DNA of 61,198 nt, counting the filler, from Sphacelaria rigidula (Eukaryota), in assembly GCA_964200075.2 (NCBI GenBank). It is 5 parts of 5 records of this genome, joined end to end, with 100 filler letters (N's around TTAATTAATTAA, not from the genome) between each part and the next. Parts side by side here need not be neighbours in the genome. Positions count along the whole stretch, not along the records: positions 1 to 12,160 come from CAXNAA020004065.1; 4 more parts are not named here. One strand, written 5' to 3'. The notes beneath the pieces were generated by a model. That model made no database searches. It had not been told where the DNA came from and saw only the letters and a program-made list of their open reading frames with translations. Below are positions 1 to 12,260 of the stretch, piece by piece. The position numbers and the translations under genes are program-made. Each line of letters starts with the position of its first letter. The stretch's first letter is position 1.

Positions 1-131
1 TGGGCTGACCGGTTACCAACACCAAGGGCGGGGCGTACGAGGAGCCAAACGCGCGAGGCCATGGGGTCGGCACACGCACGAGGTGAAACGCTGGTGACTA
101 GCGGAGTGGAGGAGAAAAAAAGAAAGCGGAG

Positions 132-1850
132 ATGGCGCTGGCGGGAATGGCGGAGGACAGATGCTCAACCATGGAAATGATCACCGCGGCAGCAGGGCAG
201 GTGGCCGGACAAGACGCAATCGCTTCGACTCAATACGAGTTAGCTGAAAACGAGTTTTTTTGTTTTGTTGTTGAGGAAAACAGGATAGGGAAGCCTGAAT
301 TCGGTTTGCATTCACCGGTTGGCCTACGCGTAAGCGAAATAGAGGCAGCACCAACCAGTATGGATGACATTGCCAAGTCAGAATTTCGAGAGGCATGGTT
401 AGGCGCGATGCAGGCCGAGCTAGGAGATCACGAGAAGGCCGGAACACTTTCGACTGGCCCTGTACCGCAAGCAGCAAACGTGGTTTCAGCGAAGTGGGTT
501 TTTAGTTGGAAGACCGACGCAGATGGTACTGTAACGAAGGCAAAGGCAAGCTTGGTGGCGCGAGGTTTTCGACAACGTTTTGCAGTCGACTATTTCGAGA
601 CTTTCGTGGCAACGCCCTCCATGTCCTCCATCAAACTGGTCATGGCAGTGACACAGGCTTTTGTTCAAGCAGAAATGGATACTGACGTGTATATGAGGTT
701 GCCTGAAGGATGCTCGTTTTTGACAGACGTGACCGTGAAGCTTGAAAAATCTATTCACGGGATCAAGCAAGCGGGTAGGCAGTGGTCCCGTCTTCTGTGT
801 CAAACTTTGCTGGAGGATGTCGGGATGGTGCAGTGTGAGGCTGACCCATGTGTATTCAAGATGGGGGATGCAGGAGACGCACGTGTGATTTTAGTTGTCC
901 GTGTGGACGACATCCTTACCAGTGGTTCTGAGGAATACGTAGGAAAGGTGCGCCAAATCCTTAACACAAAGTTCCCCACGAACAATCTCGGAGAGGTCAC
1001 CTGGTACATGGGGTGCGCAGTGGATAGAGACTGGGATAGAGGCACGCTGTCTGTGACGCAAACCACATTCACGGACACGCTCCTGTAGCGTTTTGAGGTG
1101 AGGGGGTACTCGGAAATCCCTGCCTCTGTTTCTGTAAAGTTGGGGCCGACAACGGGCGAAGACAAAAAGGTGAATCGCCCATACCGTAACGCAGTGGGGG
1201 GGTTGATGTTGCTGGCAACAGTCACCAGGCCCGACATCGCGAATTCGGTACGAGCGCTTGCTCGCCAATTGCATGACCCATGCGAGAGGCACTGGGAAGC
1301 TGTTGTGAAGATTCTGATGTATCTCAATGAGATGAAGGAGTTTGAACTTACGTTCAAGAAAGGTCATGATAGGCTCTCAGTCTACTGCGATGCAGATTAC
1401 GCTAAGAAGGAAACGGATAGGCGTTTGGTATCAGGGGGTAGCCGTGATGTACGGTGGTGTGGTAGTGTCGGCAACGAGCCGCACGCAACACTGCGTAACT
1501 CTGTCAACTACGGAGGCAGAGTATGTTGTAATGGCCGAGGGGGCAAAGGAGGGATTGTTTGTGAAGGCAGTGTTGACGTTCCTGCGACCGCAGACTGTGT
1601 CGGGATGCGGGGAGGACCAAGGTATTCTTTTGTGAGAACAGCAAGGGAGCAAAAGCTCTGGCCGAGAATCCTCTCAGTTGCGAAAGGAGTAAGCACATAG
1701 ACGTGAGATATCACTTCATTCGAGAGCTGGTGGCGACGGGAAAGGTCAGGGTTGTACATGTAGGCTCAGGATGGCAGCATGCAGATATTTTGACGAAGCC
1801 TCTCTCGATCAGCCTGTTTACGAGGCACAGACGTTTTATGAACTTGGAAG
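132..1850 (+). mobile_element. Ty1/copia retrotransposon pol remnant (reverse transcriptase + RNase H), pseudogenised, 5'-truncated by contig start
   Basis: Copia RT motifs KWVFSWKTD..KAKASLVARGF, KSIHGIKQAGRQW and VRVDD (YVDD-type, ~900-911). RNase H motifs VYCDADYA, TLSTTEAEY, SKHIDVRYHFIRE and QHADILTKPL. In-frame TAG at 1086-1088, frameshifts near 1440 and 1630, and a small deletion in RT. Confidence 0.95.
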
Positions 1851-2146
1851 GTGACAAGTGGGTACGTTTTTTGGTGTGTGCCATTGTGCTCGTGCCGGGT
1901 ATTTTTAGATATTCAAGTGATGCATTTATGCGCATTTTGGGTCAGTCCATCCACGCTACTTTGAGGGGCATGGGCTTTGTAGGGCGTTTCCTGACATGTT
2001 GTGTATCTGCCTTGACCGGCGTTCATGGGTTATCTAGATGGAGCACAAGCTGTTGAGGGGAGGGGGGTGTTGCCCGGATGGCCGGGTTTCCCCCTTGAAA
2101 CTTTGTTTTTTGAGAGAGAAAGTCACGACGACTGATGTACCGGTTC

Positions 2147-2298
2147 AGAGGGGGTGTTCATGTGAACAGGTACACTGAGTGAACATGCACATGTGCGGAT
2201 AGGTTAATGCGGACGTGCGGGTACTGGTAGTCGAGTGTGTGTTACTACAGTACCACACCCGGGCTGGCAACCACGCTACCACCTGGGCCCACTCAACA
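2147..2298 (+). repeat. Polypurine tract plus candidate 144-bp 3' LTR of the copia element
   Basis: AGAGGGGG (2147-2154) is directly followed by TGTTCA (2155), and the segment ends TCAACA (2298), giving TG..CA inverted termini. The 5' LTR is not in the contig for comparison. Confidence 0.65.
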
Positions 2299-2561
2299 TC
2301 TGATCCCCCTGTCATAGGGTCGACTCAGCCTAGGCACTCTCCAATAATACAAAAGATAAAACTATCCATCCTTCGCCACGGGCCACGGAATACAGTTGGT
2401 CACGACCACGTCACCCGTGCTGGCAGTTCCAAGGACAACTCCCAGCACAGCTTGAATTCATCGCGCGTTCTTACACGCCCGAAGAATGTCGCTCATGGTT
2501 GCACATATGGCGGTAGTTCACGACACGTCCAAGTCATCGCGCGCTTCGAAGCGCCCGGTGA

Positions 2562-5500
2562 ATGCCGACCGTGACCGTACTCACGAGGATGATTCGCGGC
2601 ACAGATCAGGTCCATCGCGCGTTCACTCGCGCTCGAAGAACGCCGATCATGCAACCGCGCGCTCCTCTCCTGCTGCGCATCCGTCATGCCGCCGTTATTT
2701 ACGCAATGATAATACTGTACATGCTGACGACATCCGAAATATATTCGGACATGTCACCAGCTCTCAAATCCTCAATTGAGGGATTAAGCCGCAACTCATC
2801 GCACAACCGACGACCCCGCAATGACCGCGAACCCCCGTCCCGTTCTGATGCTGTGACTATCCGCTCCGTAAAACAACGACTGACAGATCTCGAGCGAGAA
2901 CTGATAAGATCCAGAATGGAGAACAAGGAAGTAATCACCGCCAAGACCGCCAAGACGGCTAAGGAACATACAGGAGTTGCCGCCACTGCTGCTGCCGCCA
3001 CCACTGCCGCTGCCGCCCCTGCTGCCATGGTCGCTGCGCCTCCTGCCACGACCACTGCAGCCACGGCCCCCACGACTATTGCCGCCCGGTCTGCCGTCGA
3101 TACAGATGCTTATAGTGGCCCAACCATCGGTCCTGTCACGGATGCCCCTGTGCCCCCGCCCCATTCTGTGGAGGATCTCCCTCCGTTCGGCGACGAGCAC
3201 TGCCTGACCGGCCTCCTCTCGAGGTTGTTCAGAAATCGCCCCCGTGCGGAACAGTTGGGGCTCATAGAAGATTATGCCTCGCAAGCGCCAGCGCTGGCCA
3301 AGGACATAATCGAGCAACAACGGGAGGCCTACGTCGCTGCTGCACGCCTCCTAGCCGAAGAACACGCGGACAAGCATCGAGACCTTCAGCAGCAGGCTTC
3401 ACGCGCCCAGACCACGACTCCGCGTCTCAACGCGCCCTGGAGGAGGATCGCACTGCTGTTCTGGCGGCCCAGAGGCGCGTGAAGGACCTCGAGGGCCATG
3501 TCCGACGGACTGCCCACGAAGCGGCCACGTCGGTGGCCCGCCTAACTAACCATCAAGCCTCTCCGCCGTCCACCGGCAACCCGTTCGGTGGTTGCTCTTC
3601 CCGGCAGCCCACGACCGATACGTCGACTTACGTTATTCCACGTGAGTCCGACAACCCGCCGTATGCTGCGGCCGCTGCCGTCCCCAAGACGGCCCCAACA
3701 CCCGCGCCTCGTGCAGCTAGCTCGGCGGCCAATGCCAGCCCGATACCAGGCCTGCAACTCGCGCCTCACGAACGAACGTGGCTTTTCCGTTCCGCGGCCG
3801 ATTTTACCGGCCCGTTCGCCAGGAACAATCACCTACGCTGCTCCTGCCAAGCTTGGGACTTGGTGTCACAACGCCTTCACCACGTTATTGGTCTTTACGT
3901 GGACCAGGAGGGATTCTTCCCCAATCACGGCGTACCGTCCCTCACCTTGGGTCAACTTGTTCTGCATATGACTATCGGCGACAACCCCGCTCACCAGCAT
4001 TACATCGACACTGTAATCGGTCTTTTTGCGGCACTACGTGCCGCTTACCCTTCGAATTTCGGCGCCACCACCGCCGACGATGACGAGGATGACGATGGTT
4101 GGACTCCTACGAGTGCCAACGGCAGAGGCAAGAGCAAGAACCGCCGGTGGAATGACGACGACAACGATGGAGGAGGCTCACGCCGCCGCCATGGCGGCAG
4201 AGGATCCTCGGGCGGTTCCGGATCCAACCGCCCGGTCCACAATAGCCGCAGCTCGACTGGGAAGAAAACTGAAGGCAGTTCTTCCGCATCTTCCTCTCCA
4301 GGTTGGAACCGGTCTAGCACAGACCTGCCCCCCTCGGGTTCGGTGACACCCAGGCAAGTGGTACCTCAGTTGGCCGATGTTTTTTTGACACACATCCTCG
4401 ACGGCTTCCTCGCCGAAATGGATCCGGATCGTGCCCAGGGGAAGACAGGCCCGGTATAGCTCTCTGGTCTGAAAAGGCATCTGATAGGTTATTTTGACAA
4501 AAGTGACCAAGTAAGCGCCATCCAGAGGCTGAGTTCTTTTGCTGTCGCATCGGATGTCCCCTTCGCGGATTATCTCCGCGAATATAAGCTTTTGGTATCT
4601 GGTACTACGGGTGTCGGACGCCAAAACGGGCCGAGCGATGCAATGTGTCAGACTTACGTTTGCAATAGCGTTGCTCAACAGCATCCGGGTCTGATGTCGT
4701 CGTTGTTTCCGGGTGTCTTGGCTCATCGCGAGGTGCCTTACGCCTCTGTTGATGTTATGTGGTCTGCTTTTGTTCACCAAGAAGGTAATCTACCGCCCGC
4801 TATACGTGGCAAACCTTCTACGCCTCTGCGTTCACAACCTACGGTTGTGTCCTCCGCTCACGCCCAAAGATCTCGCGGCAGGAATTCGAGTTCATCTCGC
4901 GCTTCATGGACCCCCGACTCGTTCGCCGGTTCAGTTATGCATGTTCAAAGTAACATAGATCCATTCAGTGCGAGTGTTAATGGTTGGCCCATTTCCGAGG
5001 AAACTTGAGATGATGTTTATTTGACCTCTAGAACGGCATTCATTACAGATGATCCCCATTTGTGGAACCCAATTCTTTCGTCTCCTGCTAGACGCAATGC
5101 CTTCAAGAGTCATGCCAACAGTTGCATCAACTTTAGTGTTCAAGGCCACAGTATGCGCGACTGGGACAGTCCATTCATCAATGCCTTTGATCTCATGAAC
5201 CCGGAATTGCAGGACAATGAACCCGCGTGGCGCCAATGGCAAAAACGCATGCGGAACTATCGCCCACCGAACCGAAAGTATCGAAATAATTCGAATCCAC
5301 GTGGCTCAAGAGCTCTTCTCGCGGCCGCAGACAGAACAACAATAATTCAACCCCTCGCCAGAACGATCATCATTCTCGCGACAACAAACGATTCCCTCAA
5401 AGACATCAGCGGACGGGGCCGACACACAACTCGAACCCCAATACCAGAAACCCTGGTACCTTCACTACGGATCGCGTAGACCCATTACGTGCCGACGCCG

Positions 5501-6490
5501 GCGTTCTACGGTCTTCCGCGCCGCCGACAGCAGTAGCGAAGATTCTTTCATCACAGTCCGCGGAGTCCGTAACTGAAATTGTTCACCCGGCTCCCCCGGC
5601 AATATGCAGGAGCGTTACAGACGGCTGTTCAAACCGACCTCCGTCTTCAACCTCCACAAACTTTTCAATACAGCCCGCAGAGCCTGCTACTAGGATTGTC
5701 CACCCGGCACCCCCGGCGCTATGCAGGAACGCAACTGATGGCCGTTCATATTGACCCCTGCCTCCACCCCTCCACGCACCGCGCAACAGTTGTGTTACCG
5801 CGCGACTCAGACCGGCCATGAACTTGGCCCTTCAGTGCCGAGTATAAGTCTGAGGTGTGGGAGGACCAACCGCCAGTTCCTGAGGCAAAGGCTTCCCTCA
5901 GCGACCGCACGCACAGGTAGTAGCAAGCTTTTTTCAGCTGACCCAAGTGTGCTGATTTGAACTTGACCACATCGGATCATTTAATTCCCAATCAGTTAGA
6001 TCGAGCTCCGTCCCTGCGATTTTCAACACTCACGGACCTACCTTCGGCCGTTTCGAATAACAACCGCCCCAGCATACCTTCGGCTATGACCCACCAGCCA
6101 AGCTTGTCTACGGAAAGCAGCCCACAAGTTTCGCTCCGTCATGCCCCAAATGCTGACTCCATCCACCCGACTGGACGCAGTTGTGGTTTCATCCCAAAAT
6201 GGTTTGAAAGTTCCCCGACCTTTGTCATGGCGAAAGAGAAAGCCCCGTAAGCATGCCCCGAAGGACGCGCGCGCATCATCACGTACACCTCTTTGGAGCG
6301 GAAATCCTCGACCTCAATATCTCCAAAATGCGACGACTTTGAGCTCGACGGCTCTGTCAAGTATCACGGAAGAAACTAAATCAAATATTTCTGACGTCAC
6401 TACTTCTTCAATTCACGACGCCAGCCCCGCACAACCTGGATCCCCCTCGGACGGCGATCGCTCAACCAAAAACGATAATTTACGAAATCG
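2562..6490 (+). pseudogene. Gag-like / N-terminal region of the gypsy element, broken into ORFs 2562-3482, 3479-4459, 4592-5008, 5021-5479 etc.
   Basis: Abutting ORFs linked by frameshifts and stops lie upstream of the protease. They include coiled-coil-like and Ala/Pro/Gly-rich stretches and a ~117-bp tandem duplication at 5584-5757. No clear CCHC knuckle. Confidence 0.6.
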
Positions 6491-6493
6491 CTA

Positions 6494-9400
6494 ATGTTCA
6501 CTCTGGCAATGCCACACCTGGAAATAATATACCATCCACCCCCTCCTCTGGTGAGAAATCTGACCCACCGGCGGATCACCCGCCATGCGTCTTTGCCGTC
6601 AGCCCCGCTGATCCTGACCTATTTACTTTGCCGGAACATGGTCCGGATCTTGTCAGCGGTTAAGTGTCTGTGGATCCATCCGGCCAATTCCACTACACGC
6701 GTTGCGATTCACTCTGGTCCAAACGCTACCACGCCTACGAAATGCGTATCTTTGTTGGACAGCGGCAGTCTGCAAACATTTGTTCGACAATCAACATGGA
6801 AACACATTAAACAGACTGGTGCCGCTACTGCAGCTTGCGAAACCACCACCCAACCTCGAGTATGGGGCGGTTTTGATGATTCTGCCGCACCCCTGACAAC
6901 ACGTAAATCCGTACGTCTCAGTGTGCAATTTTTTCACAATACCACTCGTTCTGCCAGCCTGGCAGTGTTGGCATACATTGTCCCCGACAGCACAATGCAC
7001 CACGCCATATTATTGGGCAGAGATAGCTACATGCGGTTTGATAAACGCATCTACCGCACGCTTCCACCACTATCGTCATATTCCACGCCTCGTGTAGAAT
7101 TCAACCTCGAGCGCTTTGGTACTCTCCACGGCGCCCTGGCCTACCAGAAGAATACTCAAGCAACCGGAGCTGCTCACCACCTACGATACAACGGCAGCGT
7201 TGGTATTACACTCTCCGACGATCCTCAACTTTTAGAAGTTGCACTAGTTCGCCGAAATGGTATGCCAGCACTTACGGGACATTATCTTGCCGAAATGTTA
7301 CCCCGTATTGGGGCACCAGCCGACACAGAAGATTTTGTCTCGGCGGAACAACAACTCCTCCCTCTTACAGGTCATGCTAACTTGGAACCCGGCGATATTT
7401 CAGGAATCGCCGCTGCTCCCAGGATGCACATCCCACTCGAGACGTGCGTAACAGAACCTGCCGCGTCAAACGCCACATCTGCGGCGGAGTCAGTCCATTA
7501 CGTCGATGAACCTTATATGGACCTCGCCTCAGTGACTCCACCCCAGGTCCACACCGTGGTTCCTGGCCACTCAAATTCCGATCCTCCTGCTGAAGTGCTT
7601 CAACGCTCATCACCAGATCCTCGGAATATTTTCTTGCACATGTGGAACCAACTGCCGCCGCACATGCGTGACATCAATTTTGACCTTCATGGGCCCGGCT
7701 GGGAGGCGGCAGTCATCCGAGAACTCAGTGATGTCCTGCTACAGTACCAAGACCGGTTTTCCCGATCCAAGACCGATTTCGGGCATTGCAAAACGCTGCC
7801 CTTTGAGGTTACCCTCCAACCCGGCGTCTCGCCGATTTCTTCTCGGCCATATATTTACCGGACAAACCCAATCCTTACCAAGGAGGTTAACGCCACCTTG
7901 GCTGCATACTTGGGAGCGGGATTAATACAACATTCCTCCTCTCCTTGGGCCTCGCCCCTTGTGGTCGTTCCCAAAAAGGATGGGAACATACGCAAAACCA
8001 TGAATTACCAACGGTTGAACCGCTTCACTGTGGTCCGAAAACTCCCAATTCCCCGCATTGATGAAGTCTTCGACGCCTTAGGCGAAGGAAAACGTTTCAG
8101 CACCTTCGACCTCGCTTCTGGATTTTTTCAGAATTCTCTACACTCTGACACAGTTCCACTGACGGTTTTTTGTACCTCGTCCGGACTCTACGAATGGCTT
8201 CGAATGACACAAGGCGCCGCCACTGCTCCGGGATGCTTTCAACGCCTAATGCAACGCGTCACCGAGGGCCTCGAGCACATCATCATGTACCTGGATGACG
8301 CTATCGCTTCCAATGCCTCACCTATTGCACATATCCGCACTCTACAAGAATTTCTCTCTTTCCTACGCACGCACGATTTGAAACTGTTTCCATCCAAAGC
8401 TCGTCTTGGTGCGACTGACTTGGATTTCTTGGGGCATTCCATTTCGGCAGCAGTCCTGCATCCGGATACAAACAAAGTCAAGGCGATGACTGACTTACCG
8501 ATGCCAACTGACATTCCTCAACTTCGCTCGTTGTTGGGCGGGCTTTCCTACTACCGCCATCTTTTGCCGAATTCATCTGAACGGACTCGCCCCCTTACTG
8601 AGTTACTCAAGAAAGGAGCCGTGTTTCCCTTCACGACCAAAATGGAGAATATCACCCGCGAATTACTCAAGGCGCTCATCGAAAAGCCGGTACTCTGCTT
8701 TCCTGATTGGGAGGTAGTACGAGATGGCTCCCGCCTTTTCCAACTCCACACTGACGCCAGCAAAAACGGATTTGGAGGGGTTTTGAATCAACCTTAGATT
8801 GATGGCTTCATCCGGCCCATCCTCTATATCAATCGCGCTACACTGCTCAACGAGACCAATTGGAGCCCGCTAGAACTGGAAGTCGGAGTAATCACTTGGG
8901 CCATTAAGTGCCTTCGACAATAAACAGGGCATTCTATAAAATGAGGTTGATCAATGAAATAAAGTTTGAGGGGGCTAGCCAGTATGCGACAAAAACCCGA
9001 GGGGCGTGGTCAATGATCAAATGACTAAGGCAAGCCACAAATGAGTACGCCCCACCCCCCCCGAAAATGATCGAAGGCACTTGCGGAGGGTACTTCCCTC
9101 GGGTTTTTGTCGCATACTGGCCAGCCTCCTCAAACCTCATTTCATTGATCAACCTCATTTTATAGAATCCCCTGTTCATATCTGTTTCACGTGCCCTTTG
9201 AGATCTATACGGATCACGGAGCACACGAACAACTCGCCAAGGTTGGCGAACACAATCCGCCTGTACAACGAGGGTCGGAGTTTCTAACAGCATACCAGTA
9301 TACCATTAAGCACCGTCCAGGCAAAACTAACGGGAACGCTGATCTTCTTTCTTGCTTACCCCTGCCGCCTACGGCCGCAAATTCCAGCCCGGCTTGTCGT
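6494..9400 (+). pseudogene. Gypsy pol: aspartic protease, reverse transcriptase, RNase H (interrupted by a MITE)
   Basis: Protease LLDSGS (~6752-6770). RT SSSPWASPLVVVPKKDG, FDLASGFFQ and YLDD (8288-8299). RNase H LHTDASKNGFGGVL, then TAG at 8795-8797. The frame resumes LRQ|YLFHVPFEIYTDH and HRPGKTNGNADLLS after the MITE. Confidence 0.95.
8921..9180. mobile_element. MITE with ~80-bp terminal inverted repeats inserted in gypsy RNase H
   Basis: AACAGGGCATTCTATAAAATGAGGTTGATCAATGAAAT...CCCGAGGG (8923-9003) is the near reverse complement of 9096-9176. TA/ATA is duplicated at the junctions, and removal restores CAA TAT CTG (Q-Y-L). Confidence 0.9.
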
Positions 9401-9958
9401 TTAACGGAACCCGATGAACCTGGAATTTACGCGATTAGACGTTTTTCAACACCCGTTTACGCCCTCGACCTCCAGTGCCCGGAAACCAGTATGCATATGG
9501 AAGGACCTCGCCCTCTACCATATGACGCCGTCTTGGGTGGGTTAAAACTCACTACCTCCGATTTTGGCGATTTCCGCACTTTCGGTACTCGCGCGAAGCT
9601 CTTCGCGGAGACAACTCCAGTCACCCACCTAATCTCCGACAACACGCGCTCCCGGTCTGCCGACCGCACCACCCCGAGTGCCCCGCCGCCAACGATAACA
9701 CCTACAAACCCCACGAGCCACGCAGCACAATTTCCACGGACCAGCGCGCAACGCTCCGCGAAAACTTCTGCAAGGTGCACCACGCGCCACTGACAACCTT
9801 CGACGCGCACTGATACAGTCCCGCCGCCCATAAGGGCGCCGCCAACATCTACCGCTCCCGAGCACGGAGCTGACGACGTAGCTCCTGCTTCCGGGACAGA
9901 TATTGACGTCGGCATTTCTGCCCCGTCGCCTATTCCCCCGCCGCCTGCCCCACCATCT

Positions 9959-11912
9959 TTGGTCGGCTCGCCAGCGGAAGGTCAACCACGAGAGTTTCTC
10001 GCCAGCTACTCTCACCATGATTGGGCTCGGGAACAACGCGCAGAACCGCTATATCGCGCAGCCATCCGGTACTTACAACTCGACTGTCCAGTCCCTTTTC
10101 CATCCACACTTCTGGCCCCAGTTGGCACACTGCCACCACCAGCTATTTCTGACGTATACGAGCTCGTGCGTAAAGGCACCCTGTTTACTACGGATGAAGG
10201 TGTGCAACTACCCGTGCGCCGGCCCACGCCTTTGACAGGCGCAATTTCCGCCTCAACCACGGGACGTCACGCACGACTACTCGATGACGAACCGACGCAC
10301 ACATATATCCCATTATTAAGGCGCCCCTGGGTCATGAAAGGCTGCCACACAGACTTGTCATGTCTCCTTGGCGTCACCCGCAGCCTAGCGCTCTTGGAAC
10401 GCTACTGCTGGTCGATTGGCTTGGAAATTTCTACCTTCTTCTGGATTCGGCGATGCTTCAAATGCCAAGCCCGAAAGACTTCACGACAGACAGTACGCTG
10501 ACCCGTCATCTCTATGGGACTCCCCAACGAGCCTGGCCACCTTGTGTCCTTTGACTACTTTAGCCCTCTACCGACCACAGGTCGCGGCAACACCTACATC
10601 TTACTCTTCACTGACCGCTTCAGCCGCCACGCATCCATGTACGCGGTAACCGCCGCAGGTTTCACTGCCGCCGGAACGGCCGACATATCGGTCCACGATT
10701 ACAGTAAGCACTACGGTTGCCCAAAGCGACTCCTTTCAGTCAATGACCAGAGATTTTGCTCCGATCTCTCTGATGAGCTTCACAAGCTCCTGGGCATCCG
10801 CAAATTTGCCACGAGCGCCTACCACCCGAACGGTAACGGTGTTACCGAAAGAGTTGATCACACCATGGCTCAAATGCTCTCTATGGTTGTCAATGACCGC
10901 CAAAATGACTGGGACCTACATCTCTCGCACATCATGTTGTCCTACAACAACTCGCTTAACGCCGGCACAGGCCGTTCTCCGAACGAACTCCATCTTGGAC
11001 AAAATTGTCCCTCAATTGGACAGGACCATTCAAAATCTTGACAGTCGGACCATCGTCATCATCACCGGATGATAAACCCGTTGGTGACAAACTGCTCTAT
11101 CTCGACTTGCCTCGCGACTTCCAGGGCAAGGACACCAAACCCCGCGTCTCCGTGCACAGATGCAAACCCTGCACGAACCCGCATGATACAAGCGACATGC
11201 CCAAGTACCTGCCTGCCTGACGGACTCACACAGTATGTTCTCAACAGCTACTCGACCAAGTCCCCGCCCTACCACGTTACAACCGACGACGTGACGGAAC
11301 AGCCCCTCCGATTGACAGTGTCCACCATCTCCGACCACCAGATAACCCGTGATCGAGGTGGTAAAATCGCTGTCATGTATAAGACACTGGCACGGTCTCC
11401 GGAGCGCGTCTTGGGAACGCGAATCCGACCTTCAAATGCACCGCCGTGCAATCCTCCTGTACTGGACGCAATCCCAACATCAGTATCTTGCTCACAACAA
11501 GAAATATCGCAACATGCGTCGTGGCGCAGCAGCCCGCGAACTTCACCGCGATTAGGGACAACGCTTTGTCGCCGATGGTTACGAGGGTGTACCCACCGAG
11601 ACTTGTAAGACGAAGTTCTTCGCAAACCAGCGAATACTACCCAAGTGCCGCTACCTTTGGTTCGAAGGCAGCGACAACCTTTAGTGGTTGGGTCAGACCC
11701 ACTCCGCTTACCTGGTTTCGGCCGACACATACACCGTGCGCTTCATCGATGACCGTGGACCCATACAGCTCAAGCTCCGGCCAGCACTATACACCACCAG
11801 CCCATCTGCACCACGCGGATCTTGGTGCCTCCAGCGCCTCAAGTCCAAGGGACTTCGCCGCGGCCTCCAGCGCAACATCGACCACACCCACGACGTCCAC
11901 GTCCCGCTTTGA
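9959..11912 (+). pseudogene. Gypsy integrase with Zn-binding region, DDE core, GPF motif, chromodomain and C-terminal Tudor-like module
   Basis: H..CFKC Zn region, core SFDYFSP..FTDRFSR..NGVTERV, WTGPFKI (~11017-11037), and chromodomain VSTISDHQ..MYKT/HWHGLRSASWERESDL (11312-11433, frameshift near 11385). A further domain YLWFEGSDNL*WLGQ..YTVRFIDDRGP follows. Confidence 0.88.
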
Positions 11913-12160
11913 ACCACGCTCTTTCGTCGCAACTGTTGCCCCTCCCCCATTTTTCCTGTAGCATTGTTTGCCCTCCCTTCTCCACCAAGACCCTCTTCTA
12001 CGATATCACAAGAGGGCGATCTACATCGGACGACGATCGAAAAATTACGGAAGACGACCACCATCTACGACTGTTGGAGCTATAGTATCCCCTTGAGTGA
12101 TGCTACGGTAGGGGTACAGAAATAATTTCTGAGGTTAGAATTGTTAGGAGCCCCTTATCT

Positions 12161-12260
12161 NNNNNNNNNNNNNNNNNNNNNNNNNNNNNNNNNNNNNNNN
12201 NNNNTTAATTAATTAANNNNNNNNNNNNNNNNNNNNNNNNNNNNNNNNNNNNNNNNNNNN
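12161..12260. other. Artificial contig linker (N44-TTAATTAATTAA-N44)
   Basis: Six-frame stop spacer within Ns. Identical linkers occur at 24421, 36681 and 48940. Confidence 0.98.

Larger units (their letters stand above)
2299..11912 (+). mobile_element. Ty3/gypsy (chromovirus-type) LTR retrotransposon, degenerate
   Basis: Domain order is gag-like region, protease, RT, RNase H, integrase, chromodomain, which is the gypsy order. There are multiple stops and frameshifts. No 3' LTR match was seen before the contig end. Confidence 0.93.

Noticed and set aside
4457-11684. RIP- or deaminase-like hypermutation suggested by TAG stops in the gypsy element
   Set aside because: There are too few sites and no consensus to polarise mutations, and ordinary transitions explain them.
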